Shown here: piece after piece, positions 20,495 to 30,330 of the stretch
Position numbering within the stretch: the stretch's first letter is position 1
How the letters are laid out: each line of letters opens with the position of its first letter
Made by a program: the position numbers and the translations under genes
Assembly (NCBI RefSeq): GCF_947487915.1
Contig: NZ_CANKYH010000011.1
Span: forward strand, 9,919-73,918
Direction of reading: 5' to 3'
Length of the DNA: 64,000 nucleotides
DNA from: an uncultured Serinicoccus sp.
GTDB taxonomy: Bacteria; Actinomycetota; Actinomycetes; Actinomycetales; Dermatophilaceae
The notes under the pieces: model-generated
What the model was told of the DNA's origin: nothing
Databases searched by the model: none
What the model saw: only the letters and a program-made list of their open reading frames with translations

Positions 20495-21857
20495 CGCCGC
20501 CCCCGTCCACCGAGGGGTCCGCGGCTCTCTCGACCACGCCGAGCGGCGGCGTCGACACGCTCGCGACCTCGCGGCTGTCGAGGTCGAAGAGCTCACGCAG
20601 GGCGTGTGCGTAGTCGGCGGGGACCTCGTCGTAGCCGGCCTGCAGCTGCTTGACCCGGGTGGTCGGCGTGTGCAGGAGCTTGTCGACGACCCGCTGGACG
20701 GTCTGCCTGACCTCCGCACGCTCGTCGTCCGGCAGGTGGGGCAGCCGGTGGTCCAGCCGGCTCATCTCCGCGTCGACGACCCGGGCGGCGCTGGTGCGCA
20801 GGGCGGCCAGCGTGGGCCCCAGCCGCGCCGCGTGGCGCTCCGCGAGGTAGCCGGCGACCTCGCTGGTCACCAGGCCGCGGACGGCCTCGACGGCACCGGG
20901 CTCCCCCGTGCCGGGGTCGGTGCGCTCCTGCGCGGGGCGCTGGAGGTCGGCCAGACCCCACAGGTGGACGCCGCGCAGGCGGGCCACCGCCGGGTCGACG
21001 TCACGCGGGAGGGCGAGATCGAGCAGGACGGTCGGCGCACCGGTCCGGCCGGCGTGGCTCCGGGCCCGGGCGACGTGGGGCTCGTCGAGGACGTGACCCA
21101 CGGCGCCGGTGCAGGTGAGCACCAGGTCGGCGGACCCGACCGCGGCACCGAGGCCGGCCCAGGGCAGGGCGCGCACGCCGTGCTGCTCCGCCAGCCGCTC
21201 GGCGCGGGCCGGGGTGCGGTTGACCACGACGACGTCGCCGACGCCCTCCCGCACGAGGGTGGCGACGGCCAGTCCGGACATCGCGCCGGCGCCGATGACC
21301 ACGGCGCGCGCGGCACCCAGGTCGCCGAGCACCGTCCGGGCGTGGTCGAGACCGAGGGTGACCAGGGACCGGGAGACCCCGTCGATCCCGGTCTCGGCGT
21401 GCGCCCGCTTGCCGACCCGCAGGGCCTGCTGGACGAGGGGGTTGAGCGAGGCCCCCAGGTGCCCGTGCCGCTGGGCCTGCGCGAGCGCCTGGCGGAGCTG
21501 GCCGAGCACCTGGCTCTCACCGACGGCCATGGAGTCCAGCCCGCAGGCCAGCTCGAAGAGGTGGGCGACCGCGCGGTCGTCGTAATGGACGAAGAGGTGC
21601 TCGGTCAGCTGGTCCCGGGTGAGGCCCCCGACCTCGGTCAGGGCCGCACCGATCTCCTCGAGCGCCCCGTGGAAGGTGCCGGCCTCGACGACGACCTCCA
21701 ACCGGTTGCAGGTCGAGAGGACCAGCGCCTCGTGGACGTGGTCGCCGGCGCGGAGCCGAGCCGCGAGCCGGTGCGACGCCTCGTCGTCCAGGACGACCTG
21801 CTCGAGCAGCGAGATGGGGGCCGAACGGTGGGACAGCCCCACCACGAGCGCACTCAC
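20487..21857 (-). CDS. hemA: Glutamyl-tRNA reductase
   Basis: GLSHRSAP, LSTCNRLE, GLDSMAVGESQVLGQ. Confidence 0.97.
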   Translation of the reverse strand: MSALVVGLSHRSAPISLLEQVVLDDEASHRLAARLRAGDHVHEALVLSTCNRLEVVVEAGTFHGALEEIGAALTEVGGLTRDQLTEHLFVHYDDRAVAHLFELACGLDSMAVGESQVLGQLRQALAQAQRHGHLGASLNPLVQQALRVGKRAHAETGIDGVSRSLVTLGLDHARTVLGDLGAARAVVIGAGAMSGLAVATLVREGVGDVVVVNRTPARAERLAEQHGVRALPWAGLGAAVGSADLVLTCTGAVGHVLDEPHVARARSHAGRTGAPTVLLDLALPRDVDPAVARLRGVHLWGLADLQRPAQERTDPGTGEPGAVEAVRGLVTSEVAGYLAERHAARLGPTLAALRTSAARVVDAEMSRLDHRLPHLPDDERAEVRQTVQRVVDKLLHTPTTRVKQLQAGYDEVPADYAHALRELFDLDSREVASVSTPPLGVVERAADPSVDGGGDD

Positions 21858-22519
21858 GAGACCTCCTCCACGCCCGACCCGGAGACCGCCACCGCACGCT
21901 GGTGCTGGTGGAAGGTCAGGATCTGCAGCTCGGTGGCGAGGTCCACGCGGCGGACGTCCACGTCCGAGGGGACCTCGAGGACCCCCGGGGCGAAGGTGAG
22001 CAGGGAGTGCACCCCCAGCCCGACCAGGACGTCGGCGACCTCCTGGGCGGCGTGCGGCGGGGTCGTGATGACGCCCACCCCCACCGGACCGTCGCGGTGC
22101 AGGTCCCCCAGCGCCTGCACCGTCATGCCCTCGACGCGGCTCCCGACGACAGCGGGGTCGTTGTCGGCCAGGGCGACGACGTGGAACCCCCGGGTCGCCA
22201 GACCCTCGTAGCTCGCCAGCGCACGCCCGAGGTTGCCCATCCCCACGATGACCACCGGCCAGTCCCTGCTCAGCCCGAGCTCGGCCGAGATCTGCTCGGC
22301 GAGCCGGGCGACGTCATACCCCACACCCCGCACGCCGTAGGTCCCCAGGCGGGAGAGGTCCTTGCGCACCTGCGCCGACCGCACCCCCGCAAGGCCGGCC
22401 AGCTCCTCGCTGGAGATCGAGGCCCGCCCCTGCTCGGCCAGGGTGGACAGCGCCTGCAGGTAGCCCGGGAGTCTGCCGACGGTGGCCTCTGGCACACCTC
22501 GCCGGTTCGACTCAGCCAT
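21854..22519 (-). CDS. rex: Redox-sensing transcriptional repressor Rex
   Basis: PEATVGRLPGY, SAQVRKDLS, VGMGNLGRAL Rossmann motif. Confidence 0.97.
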   Translation of the reverse strand: MAESNRRGVPEATVGRLPGYLQALSTLAEQGRASISSEELAGLAGVRSAQVRKDLSRLGTYGVRGVGYDVARLAEQISAELGLSRDWPVVIVGMGNLGRALASYEGLATRGFHVVALADNDPAVVGSRVEGMTVQALGDLHRDGPVGVGVITTPPHAAQEVADVLVGLGVHSLLTFAPGVLEVPSDVDVRRVDLATELQILTFHQHQRAVAVSGSGVEEVS

Positions 22520-22674
22520 CACGGCGGCACCGGCTCCTCTCTGGATGGGCAGCGCCGACCCGGTGGGGGCTTATATCAGACCCTCGTGCACCGATCGGCG
22601 CGGACCCCATCAACTCTAGGCTCGGACCCCGTCTTCCTCCAAAACGGCGCCGGGCCCCGGGCTCCCGCGGAGCG

Positions 22675-22956
22675 CTACCGACGCCGCCCGGAGGACAGGG
22701 CGGCCCGCAGGTCGGCCGGGTCGATCTCCCAGCGGGCGACGGGCTCCCCGTCGACGAGCAGCACGGGGACCTGGGTGGTCCAGCCGTCGTGCTCGCGCTC
22801 GCCCATGACCCCGGCCCGACGTTCCGCGTCGATGTCCCGGACGACCACCTCGGGCACCTGCTGCGAGACCACCTGGAGCATCTGCTCGCACAGGTGGCAC
22901 CCCGGGCGCGACAGCATCTCGACGTGCGGCGTCCGGGCTCGGCGTGGCAGGCGCAT
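22675..22956 (-). CDS. Glutaredoxin-like protein (DUF836)
   Basis: RPGCHLC CxxC and VPVLLVDG. Confidence 0.9.
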   Translation of the reverse strand: MRLPRRARTPHVEMLSRPGCHLCEQMLQVVSQQVPEVVVRDIDAERRAGVMGEREHDGWTTQVPVLLVDGEPVARWEIDPADLRAALSSGRRR

Positions 22957-22978
22957 GGGCCCTCCCTCCGGAGACGAC

Positions 22979-23005
22979 GAGGCGCCCCGGTGGACGGGGC
23001 GCCTC
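22979..23005. terminator. 11-bp stem-loop downstream of the bS22 gene
   Basis: GAGGCGCCCCG-GTGGA-CGGGGCGCCTC perfect inverted repeat. Confidence 0.6.
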
Positions 23006-23036
23006 GGTCGGGTCGTCGGCGGTGTCGCCGGACGTC

Positions 23037-23135
23037 CTACTTCTTGTTGCGACGCTGGTGACGCGTCTTGCGCAGCAGCTTGCGGTGCTTCTTCTTGGCC
23101 ATCCGCTTGCGGCGCTTCTTGATCACAGAGCCCAT
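23037..23135 (-). CDS. 30S ribosomal protein bS22 (AURKAIP1/COX24 family), 32 aa; not in ORF track
   Basis: [32 protein letters not shown] read from sequence; upstream AGAAGGA RBS. Confidence 0.95.
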   Translation of the reverse strand: MGSVIKKRRKRMAKKKHRKLLRKTRHQRRNKK

Positions 23136-23304
23136 GGGGCCATCCTTCTCGTCGTCGGTCCGGGTGGTGCAGCCAGCGGCCCGGTCCCTGAGGACCTCGG
23201 GCGGCGCTGCACAGCCACGTCAGCGTAGCGCGAGGGGCGCCGGGCCCCCAAAAGTCGGGGCCGCCCGACCGGCGGGACCCCGGTGGCGACCGGCGCGGAC
23301 GGGG

Positions 23305-23505
23305 TCACGCGGTGCCGTGGTAGGACTCCTCCAGGTAGGCGTGCACCGCCTTCTCGGGCACCCGGAAGGACCGACCGACGCGCACCGCGGGCAACTCACC
23401 CGAGTGCACCAGCCGGTACACGGTCATCTTCGACACACGCATGACGGCAGCCACCTCGGCCACGGTCATGAACGTCATCTCAGCGAGCTGGCGCTCATCT
23501 GCCAT
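23305..23505 (-). CDS. Excisionase-like HTH DNA-binding protein (Rv0500A/BldC-like)
   Basis: FMTVAEVAAVMRVSKMTVYRLVHSGELPAVRVGRSFRVPE. Confidence 0.93.
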   Translation of the reverse strand: MADERQLAEMTFMTVAEVAAVMRVSKMTVYRLVHSGELPAVRVGRSFRVPEKAVHAYLEESYHGTA

Positions 23506-23729
23506 AGGACGCATCCCGTCTCTCAAATATGGGCAGGCAGCGCGCGCGGCTTCCCCTCCGGCATGCTGCCTGCCTCCGTTGTCGGGCTAACACTAGGGGC
23601 AGGAGTGCAGGTTGCGAAAGTCGTGACGACAAATTTGTCCAGCGCGACACGCCGAGCGTGACCAAAGATGCAGGTGGGCGCCATGTGCCTCGATGGGGCT
23701 GGAGTGCGGACACGCCGCGCGACCGGCCC

Positions 23730-24917
23730 TCAGTCGAGGTAGGGGTCCAGTCCCCAGCCCGGGAAGCAGGCCCGCCGGGTCGCCATGACGGCCAGGTCGA
23801 CCGGGTCGTCGAGGTCGTGACCGCCCTCCCACCGACCCACCCTGATCTCACGGCCACCCCGGTCCCCCATGGTCCGCGGGGCGTCCTGGCCGTAGACCTC
23901 CTCGACGTGGCGCCGCCAGGTCTCGGGGACGGGGGTGGTGGGGTCGACCGGCCGGCCCGTCACCACTCCGATGAGGTGGCTCCAGGCGCGGGGGACCACC
24001 TCCACCAGCTCGTACCCGCCGCCGCCGAGGGCGACCCAGCGGCCCTCCGTCAGGTCGTCGGCCAGGTCCCGCACCCAGCCGTAGGCGACCGCCAGCGCCT
24101 CCATCGACACGGCGAGGTGGGCCAGCGGGTCGGCGTAGTGGCAGTCACACCCGTGCTGGCTCACGACGATCTGCGGGTCGAAGGCGCGGGCGAGGGTGGG
24201 GACCACGGCCTGGTAGGCCCGCAGCCACCCCTCGTCCCCGGTGCCCGGGGGGAGGGCGATGTTGACCGCCGTGTCCGGGGCCCGGGGGCCGCCGGTGTCG
24301 CCCGGGAAGCCGGTGCCGGGGAACAACGCCCGGCCCGTCTCGTGGATCGACACCGTCATGACCCTCGGGTCGTTCCAGAAGCAACGCTCGACGCCGTCGC
24401 CGTGGTGGACGTCGAGGTCGAGGTAGAGGACGCGTTCGGCGCCGGAGTCCAGCAGGTGCTGGATCCCGACGGCGATGTCGTTGTAGACGCAGAACCCGGA
24501 GGCGGCCTGGGGCATGGCGTGGTGCAGCCCACCGGCGATGTTGCACGCCCGCACGGTCTCGCCCGACCACACCGCCCGGCAGGCCTCCAGCGTCGCCCCC
24601 ACCGCCAGCGTGGAGGCGTCGTGCATGCCGTCGAAGGCGGGGGTGTCCTCGGTGCCCACCCCCTGCCGCCCCCGGGCGGCGGACGGGTCGGCGGACGCCT
24701 CGCGCACCACCTCGACGAGATCGCGGGTGTGCACCGTGAGCAGCTCGTCGTCCGTGGCGTGCCGGGCCGGCACGAGCCGCACGTCCTCGTGGCCCAGCAG
24801 CCCGAGGTCCAGCGCCAGGCGGTGGGTGAGGAGGAGGCGGCTGGGGTGCATCGGGTGCCCCAGGCCGAAGTCGTAGGCGGCGTAGCGCTCGTCCCACATC
24901 ACCCACGACGACGTCAT
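23730..24917 (-). CDS. acuC: AcuC-like Zn-dependent deacetylase (HDAC family)
   Basis: GGLHHA, SGFCVYND, LDLDVHHGDG, SQHGCD, GGGGY; TAGCGT-N6-ATG. Confidence 0.93.
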   Translation of the reverse strand: MTSSWVMWDERYAAYDFGLGHPMHPSRLLLTHRLALDLGLLGHEDVRLVPARHATDDELLTVHTRDLVEVVREASADPSAARGRQGVGTEDTPAFDGMHDASTLAVGATLEACRAVWSGETVRACNIAGGLHHAMPQAASGFCVYNDIAVGIQHLLDSGAERVLYLDLDVHHGDGVERCFWNDPRVMTVSIHETGRALFPGTGFPGDTGGPRAPDTAVNIALPPGTGDEGWLRAYQAVVPTLARAFDPQIVVSQHGCDCHYADPLAHLAVSMEALAVAYGWVRDLADDLTEGRWVALGGGGYELVEVVPRAWSHLIGVVTGRPVDPTTPVPETWRRHVEEVYGQDAPRTMGDRGGREIRVGRWEGGHDLDDPVDLAVMATRRACFPGWGLDPYLD

Positions 24918-24947
24918 GGGCACACGCTAGACCACGCGGACCGCGGG

Positions 24948-25487
24948 TCAGAGCGAGGTGGGCACCCCGGCGGCGTCACCGAGCGGGTAGACCATCATCA
25001 TCTCCTCGGACTCGGCGTCCTCCTCGTCCACCCCGCGGATGCGCATGGGGCGCCGGTCGTCCGTCGGCCGGAAGCCGAAGCTCGACGCGAAGGCGACGGC
25101 GCGCCCGTTGTCGGTCCCCACCCAGTAGACGAGCTGGCGCAGACCGATCTCGCGCCCCACCTTGGCGGCCTTCTCGAGCAGGCGTCGGGCCACGCCGCTA
25201 CCCCGGCGGGCCGGTGCCACCCACAGACCGAACAGCTCCCCGGCCCCCGGGATGTTGGTCCGGTGCCCGGTGCCGACGCTGACGACGCCGACGACCTCGT
25301 CACCGTCGTGGGCCAGGACCCGGCGCGAGCGCTCCATGCGCTCCTGCCAGCGGGAGTCGGGGAAGGCCTCCTCCTCCTCCGCCGAGGCGACGAAGGCCTC
25401 CGGGGACTCACGCAGGGCACGCAGCCTGACGTCCTTGTACGACGCCCACTCATCAGGGCCCAGCACGCGTACGTGAATCTCGCTCAT
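24948..25487 (-). CDS. GNAT family N-acetyltransferase
   Basis: LWVAPARRGSGVARRLL acetyl-CoA binding motif A. Confidence 0.88.
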   Translation of the reverse strand: MSEIHVRVLGPDEWASYKDVRLRALRESPEAFVASAEEEEAFPDSRWQERMERSRRVLAHDGDEVVGVVSVGTGHRTNIPGAGELFGLWVAPARRGSGVARRLLEKAAKVGREIGLRQLVYWVGTDNGRAVAFASSFGFRPTDDRRPMRIRGVDEEDAESEEMMMVYPLGDAAGVPTSL

Positions 25488-25562
25488 AGCTGCCTACTCT
25501 TTCACACGCGCCGCCCGGGCCCCGCCGTCACGGGTGAACACTCGGTGACACGGCACCGAGGC

Positions 25563-26366
25563 TCATTCCTCGCGCGGCGACAGCTCGTGCGACCTCCTCG
25601 CGGCCGCCTCCATGGCGGTCAGGAAGGCGGCCCTGACCTTGTGATCCTCCAGCGCCCGTAGGGCGGCGACACTGGTGCCGCCCGGACTGGAGACCTGTTC
25701 CCGCAGCACCGTCGGGTGGGTCCCGGTCTCCCGGATCATCGTGGCCGCACCATACAACGTCTGCACGACGAGCTCGGTGGACGTGTCGCGCGGGAGCCCG
25801 AGCAGCACCCCCGCCTCGATCATCGCCTCCACCACGTAGAAGATGTAGGAGGGTCCGCTGCCGCTGATCGCCGTCACCGCGTCCTGGTGCCCCTCGTCGA
25901 GCACGACGACCCGGCCGACGTGCTCCATCAGGGCGCGCGCCCGCTCCACCTGCTCCGGCGTGCAGTGCCGGCCCGGGCTCATGGCCGACATGCCCTGGTC
26001 GACCAGCGCCGGGGTGTTGGGCATGACACGCACCACCGAGGTGCCCTCCGGCAGGCGGCGCTCGAGGAAGTCGGTGGTGATGCCCGCGGCGATGGACACC
26101 ACGAGGGCCTCGGGGCGCACCTGGTCACGGATCTCGGCGACCAGGGCGGCCATGTCCTGCGGCTTGACCGCCAGCACCACGACGTCGGCGGCCGCCGCCG
26201 CGGCCGCCGGCGTGTCGTGCCGGGTGCCGTGCTGGGCCGCGACCTGCTCGGCTCGGGCGGTGACGCGGTCGCTGAGGACGAGGTCGGCAGGGTCGTGACC
26301 GGAGCGGATGAGCGCCGCGGCGAGCGTGCTGCCCATCACGCCAGCCCCGAGGAGAGCGATCGGCAC
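25563..26366 (-). CDS. proC: Pyrroline-5-carboxylate reductase
   Basis: LLGAGVMG, LAVKPQ, RVMPNTP, SGSGPSY, SSPGGT. Confidence 0.97.
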   Translation of the reverse strand: MPIALLGAGVMGSTLAAALIRSGHDPADLVLSDRVTARAEQVAAQHGTRHDTPAAAAAAADVVVLAVKPQDMAALVAEIRDQVRPEALVVSIAAGITTDFLERRLPEGTSVVRVMPNTPALVDQGMSAMSPGRHCTPEQVERARALMEHVGRVVVLDEGHQDAVTAISGSGPSYIFYVVEAMIEAGVLLGLPRDTSTELVVQTLYGAATMIRETGTHPTVLREQVSSPGGTSVAALRALEDHKVRAAFLTAMEAAARRSHELSPREE

Positions 26367-26371
26367 CGCGG

Positions 26372-27337
26372 TCAGCCCTTGGTCGCGAGGCTGCGCAGGA
26401 AGAAGGTCAGGTTGGCCGGGCGCTCGGCCATCCGGCGCACGAGGTAGCCGTACCAGTCCTCGCCGTAGGGCAGGTACACCCGCATGCGGGACCCGGCACC
26501 GGCCAGCCGCAGCTGCTCGTCCGGGCGGATGCCCAGCAGCATCTGGAACTCGTAGCTGTCGGCGTCGCGCTGGGCCTTGGCGGCGAGCACCGAGGCGATC
26601 TCGACCAGGCGGGGGTCGTGCGTGGCGATCATCGGGTACCCCTGACCCTCGACGAGGATCTTGAGGCATCGGACGTAGGCTTTGTCGACGTCGTCCTTGT
26701 CCTGGAAGGCGACCGACTCCGGCTGCTTGTACGCGCCCTTGCACAGCCGGATGCGCGATCCCTCGTGGGCGAGGTCGCGGCAGTCCTGCTCGGTGCGGTG
26801 CAGGTATGCCTGCAGCGCGACACCCACCCACGGCCAGTCCTGGCGCAGCTCGGCGAGGGCGGACAGCGTCGGGTCGGTGGTGGTGTGGTCCTCCATGTCG
26901 AGGGTGACCGTGGTGCCGGCGTTGGCCGCCGCCTGGCAGATGGCCCGGGCGTTGTCCAGCGCGATGGCATGGCCGTCGCGGCCCAGGAACTGGCCGAGGG
27001 CCGAGAGCTTGAGGCTGACCTCTGCCGCGCCGCCCTGGGTCAGGCCCGCCTCGGACAGGGCCGCGATCAGCCTGAGATAGGCGTCCCGCGTGGCCTCGGC
27101 CTGCGCCGGGTCGGTCGTGTCCTCGCCGAGGTAGTCGATGGTCACCTGCCGGTGCGTGTCGACGAGCTCGCCCGTCACGCGCACGGCGTCGGGGGTGCTG
27201 TCACCGGCGACGAACCGCTTGACGACGTCCCGGCTCACCGGAGCCTGCTCGATCACCTGGCGCAGGGTCGTGTTGCGGCTGACGCCCAGCAGCGTCTGGC
27301 GCATCAGGGCGGAAGGATTGAGGTCGGCGAGCTCCAT
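26372..27337 (-). CDS. Monofunctional proline dehydrogenase
   Basis: KRFVAG, SLKLSALG, LDME, RLCKGAY, IATHD, YLPYGEDWYGYLVRRMAERPAN; TAGCCT-N6-ATG. Confidence 0.96.
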   Translation of the reverse strand: MELADLNPSALMRQTLLGVSRNTTLRQVIEQAPVSRDVVKRFVAGDSTPDAVRVTGELVDTHRQVTIDYLGEDTTDPAQAEATRDAYLRLIAALSEAGLTQGGAAEVSLKLSALGQFLGRDGHAIALDNARAICQAAANAGTTVTLDMEDHTTTDPTLSALAELRQDWPWVGVALQAYLHRTEQDCRDLAHEGSRIRLCKGAYKQPESVAFQDKDDVDKAYVRCLKILVEGQGYPMIATHDPRLVEIASVLAAKAQRDADSYEFQMLLGIRPDEQLRLAGAGSRMRVYLPYGEDWYGYLVRRMAERPANLTFFLRSLATKG

Positions 27338-27353
27338 GGCCACAGGCTACGCC

Positions 27354-28088
27354 TCACGGGGTGCGCCGTCGCAGGGTGAGCGAGGCGAGCGCGAGCGAGC
27401 CCGCGAAGAAGGCGGCGAGCACCGCCAGATCGGGGCTCAGCTCGGCGGCCGGCGCGACGGTGGTGGCCACCGCGCCCAGGGCGTCGACGGCGTAGGACAG
27501 GGGGACGGCGGCCGAGAGGAGCTCGAGCGCGCGCGGCATCTGGTCCCGCGGCACGAACAGGCCGCAGAGCAGCAGCTGCGGCAGGACGAAGGCGGGCATG
27601 AACTGGACCGCCTGGAACTCGGTGCGGGCGAACGCGCTGGCGAGCAGGCCCAGGGCGGTGCCCAGCAGCCCGCTCGCGACGGCGACGACCACCAGCCAGC
27701 CCACCGGTCCCTGCACCTCCAGGCCGCACACCCAGACCGCGAACCCGGTGGCCACCAGCGCCTGCAGGACCGCCATGGCGCCGAAGGCCAGGGCGTACCC
27801 GCCCAGGAAGTCGGTCCTGCCCAGCGGGGTGGACAGCAGCCGTTCCAGCGTGCCGGAGGTCCGCTCGCCCAAGGTCGTCACGCTGGTCACGACGAACATC
27901 ACGACGAGCGGGAAGAGCCCGAGCAGCTGGGCCCCCGAGCGGTCGAAGAGCGGGGCGTCCTGGCTCATCCACGCGAGCAGCCCCAGCAGGACGCAGGGGA
28001 CCACGAGCATGAGCGCCAGGGTGCGCCGGTCGGCGCGCAGCTGGGCCAGCACGCGTCCGGCGGTCGCGGCGGTACGGGTGGGGTTCAT
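27354..28088 (-). CDS. ABC-2 type transporter permease
   Basis: ERTSGTLERLLSTP, TEFQAVQFMP; six hydrophobic segments. Confidence 0.92.
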   Translation of the reverse strand: MNPTRTAATAGRVLAQLRADRRTLALMLVVPCVLLGLLAWMSQDAPLFDRSGAQLLGLFPLVVMFVVTSVTTLGERTSGTLERLLSTPLGRTDFLGGYALAFGAMAVLQALVATGFAVWVCGLEVQGPVGWLVVVAVASGLLGTALGLLASAFARTEFQAVQFMPAFVLPQLLLCGLFVPRDQMPRALELLSAAVPLSYAVDALGAVATTVAPAAELSPDLAVLAAFFAGSLALASLTLRRRTP

Positions 28089-28852
28089 CGATGCCTCCGG
28101 TGGGGTGCGGTCCCGGGCGCCGACGAGCCGGTCCGGGCGGCCGTCGCGTCGTCGACCAGGCGGAGGAAGGCCCCCTCGGCGTCGTCGGCCCCGGTCCGGT
28201 CGAGCAGGGCCGGGAGGGTGTCGTCGGCGAGGATGCGCCCCTCGCGCAGCAGCACCAGCCGGTCGCACCGGGCGGCCTCGTCCATGACGTGGCTGCTGAC
28301 GAGCACCGTGGTGCCGGACGCGGCGAGCGCGGCGAAGAGCCGCCACAGGCTGCGGCGCAGCACCGGGTCCAGGCCCACGGTGGGCTCGTCGAGGACGAGC
28401 AGGTCGGGGCTGCCCACGAGGGCGGCCGCGAGCGAGACCCGGGAGGCCTGGCCGCCGGAGAGGTCGGCCACCCGTCGGTCGACCTGCGCGTCCAGGTCGA
28501 CCTGCCCGAGGACCTGCACGACCCGATCTCCGTCCGCGCCGACGAGGGTCGCGAAGTAGCGCAGGTTCTGGCCGACGGTGAGGTCCCGGTAGATGCTCGG
28601 GCTCTGGGTGACGTAGCCGACCCGGCGGCGCAGCACCGCCGAGCCGGCCGGTTCCCCGAGCACCTCGACCGTCCCCGAGACCCGCTCCTGCACCCCGACG
28701 ACGGAGCGCATCAGGGTGGACTTGCCTCCGCCGCTGGGCCCCAGCAGACCGACCACCTGCCCGACCGGGACGGCGAGGTCGATGTCCCGGAGGACGTCGT
28801 GCCGTCCGCGACGGACGCTCAGCCCGTCGGTCCGCACAGCATATTTCATCAT
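28085..28852 (-). CDS. ABC transporter ATP-binding protein
   Basis: GPSGGGKST Walker A, LSGGQ, LLVLDEPT. Confidence 0.95.
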   Translation of the reverse strand: MMKYAVRTDGLSVRRGRHDVLRDIDLAVPVGQVVGLLGPSGGGKSTLMRSVVGVQERVSGTVEVLGEPAGSAVLRRRVGYVTQSPSIYRDLTVGQNLRYFATLVGADGDRVVQVLGQVDLDAQVDRRVADLSGGQASRVSLAAALVGSPDLLVLDEPTVGLDPVLRRSLWRLFAALAASGTTVLVSSHVMDEAARCDRLVLLREGRILADDTLPALLDRTGADDAEGAFLRLVDDATAARTGSSAPGTAPHRRHR

Positions 28853-28861
28853 CTGATGAAA
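28844..28861. promoter_or_regulatory. Putative TetR operator overlapping the ABC gene start and abutting its -10
   Basis: Perfect inverted repeat TTTCATCA-TC-TGATGAAA. Confidence 0.7.
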
Positions 28862-28911
28862 CTACTCCTGCGCGGTGCGGCCCGGCAAGGGCCGTCGCGC
28901 CGGGATCGGTC

Positions 28912-29514
28912 TCAGCGGGGCAGCAGGTAACCCTGGAGCACCGGCCCCACGCGCTGCACGAGAGTCTCCGGGTCCGCGTCCGCGACCCCCGGCAGCCGCA
29001 CCACGTAGCGCCCCATCGCCAGGCCCATCGCGGCGGCGGCGGCGAGACCGGCCCGCAGGTCGCGCTCCTGCTCCTCCAGCCCCGGCTCGAGCCCCGAGAC
29101 CACCCGCCCGAAGATCTCCTGGGTGAGGAACTCGCGCACCGCCCGCGCCACCTCCTCGCTGGTGACGATGCTGCGCAGCAGCGCCTCGAAGCTCGACCTG
29201 CGGGCCTCCCACACCCCCAGGAAGGTCCGTACCGCCCGCAGCCCCACCTCCTCGCGCGACCCCTCCATCACCTGCGACGCCAGCGACGCCGGAGGCCCGG
29301 GCAGCGAGACCAGCACCACCGACTGCGCGAAGAGGTCGTCCTTGCCCTCGAAGTAGTGGTGCACCAGCGCCGGGTCCACCCCGGCCGCCCGGGCGACACC
29401 TCGCAGGCTGGTCGCGGCATACCCGGTCCGGGCGAACTCGCCCCGGGCGGCCTCCAGGATCGCCGCCCGGGTGTCCTCGCCCCGCCGCGGGCCCCGTCTG
29501 GCCTCGGCACCCAC
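28912..29514 (-). CDS. TetR family regulator
   Basis: GYAATSLRGVARAAGVDPALVHHYFEGKDDLF HTH. Confidence 0.95.
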   Translation of the reverse strand: MGAEARRGPRRGEDTRAAILEAARGEFARTGYAATSLRGVARAAGVDPALVHHYFEGKDDLFAQSVVLVSLPGPPASLASQVMEGSREEVGLRAVRTFLGVWEARRSSFEALLRSIVTSEEVARAVREFLTQEIFGRVVSGLEPGLEEQERDLRAGLAAAAAMGLAMGRYVVRLPGVADADPETLVQRVGPVLQGYLLPR

Positions 29515-29520
29515 GGCCGG

Positions 29521-30330
29521 TCAGACCCCCCGGGCGCCCGGGAGGTCGTGCTGTCCGAGGTGCTCGCGGGCGAAGGCCAGCGACTCGGCCAACGCGGCCT
29601 CGCGCTCGGCGGTCTTCATGGTGCGCGTCCCGACCTCCAGGCTCACCACCCCCGGGAAGCTGGTGGCGACGAGGTGTTCCAGCACCTCGCGGCAGCGCTG
29701 GTCACCACGTCCGGGGACGAGGTGCTCGTCGCGGAAGGAGCCGAAGGAGTCCCCCAGGTGCACGTGCCGCACCCGGTCGCCCAGGTCGCGCACCATGTCG
29801 AGGGCGTCCTCCCCGGCGGTGGCGGCGTGGCTGATGTCGAAGGTCACGTCGCTGTAGGGGTAGTCGCGGGGGTCGGGTCCGGGGAGGTAGGCCTGCATGG
29901 CCGAGCCTCCGGTACGCCAGGGGAACATGTTCTCGACCGCGATGGGGATGCCCCAGCGCTCCTGCCGCTGCGCCACCCCCTCGACGAAGCCCTCGGCATA
30001 CCCGCGCTGCCAGCGGAACGGCGGGTGCACGACCACGCACTGCGCCCGCACGTCGTGGGCGAGGTCCAGCGCGCGCTCGATCTTGCCCCAGGGCTCCCAG
30101 CCCCACAGCCGCTGCGCGAGCAGCAGGGTCGGCGCGTGGATCGCGCCGATCTGCAGCTGGTGCAGGGCGGCCAGGGCGCTGAGCGCGCCGGCCTCCTGCG
30201 TCACCGGGTCGGTCCAGACCATGATCTCGACCCCGTCGTAGCCGAGCCGTTCGGCCAGGTCGAAGGCGTAGGCGGCGTTCTCGGGGTAGACCGAGGACGT
30301 CGACAGGTGGACGGGGATGCGGGGGGTCAC
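29521..30330 (-). CDS. Sugar phosphate isomerase/epimerase (xylose-isomerase-like TIM barrel)
   Basis: [39 protein letters not shown]. Confidence 0.9.
   Translation of the reverse strand: MTPRIPVHLSTSSVYPENAAYAFDLAERLGYDGVEIMVWTDPVTQEAGALSALAALHQLQIGAIHAPTLLLAQRLWGWEPWGKIERALDLAHDVRAQCVVVHPPFRWQRGYAEGFVEGVAQRQERWGIPIAVENMFPWRTGGSAMQAYLPGPDPRDYPYSDVTFDISHAATAGEDALDMVRDLGDRVRHVHLGDSFGSFRDEHLVPGRGDQRCREVLEHLVATSFPGVVSLEVGTRTMKTAEREAALAESLAFAREHLGQHDLPGARGV

Noticed and set aside
22523-22674. Rex operator upstream of rex-hemA
   Set aside because: Only a half-site-like TCGTGCAC is visible, with no matching TTCACAA/TGCACAA arm
23305-23505. Prophage or integrative element suggested by the excisionase-like gene
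   Set aside because: It is the conserved core-genome HTH beside bS22; no integrase, att site, tRNA or phage gene is nearby
25563-27337. Co-oriented proline dehydrogenase and proC (apparent futile cycle)
   Set aside because: Common actinobacterial gene order; nothing unusual in either sequence
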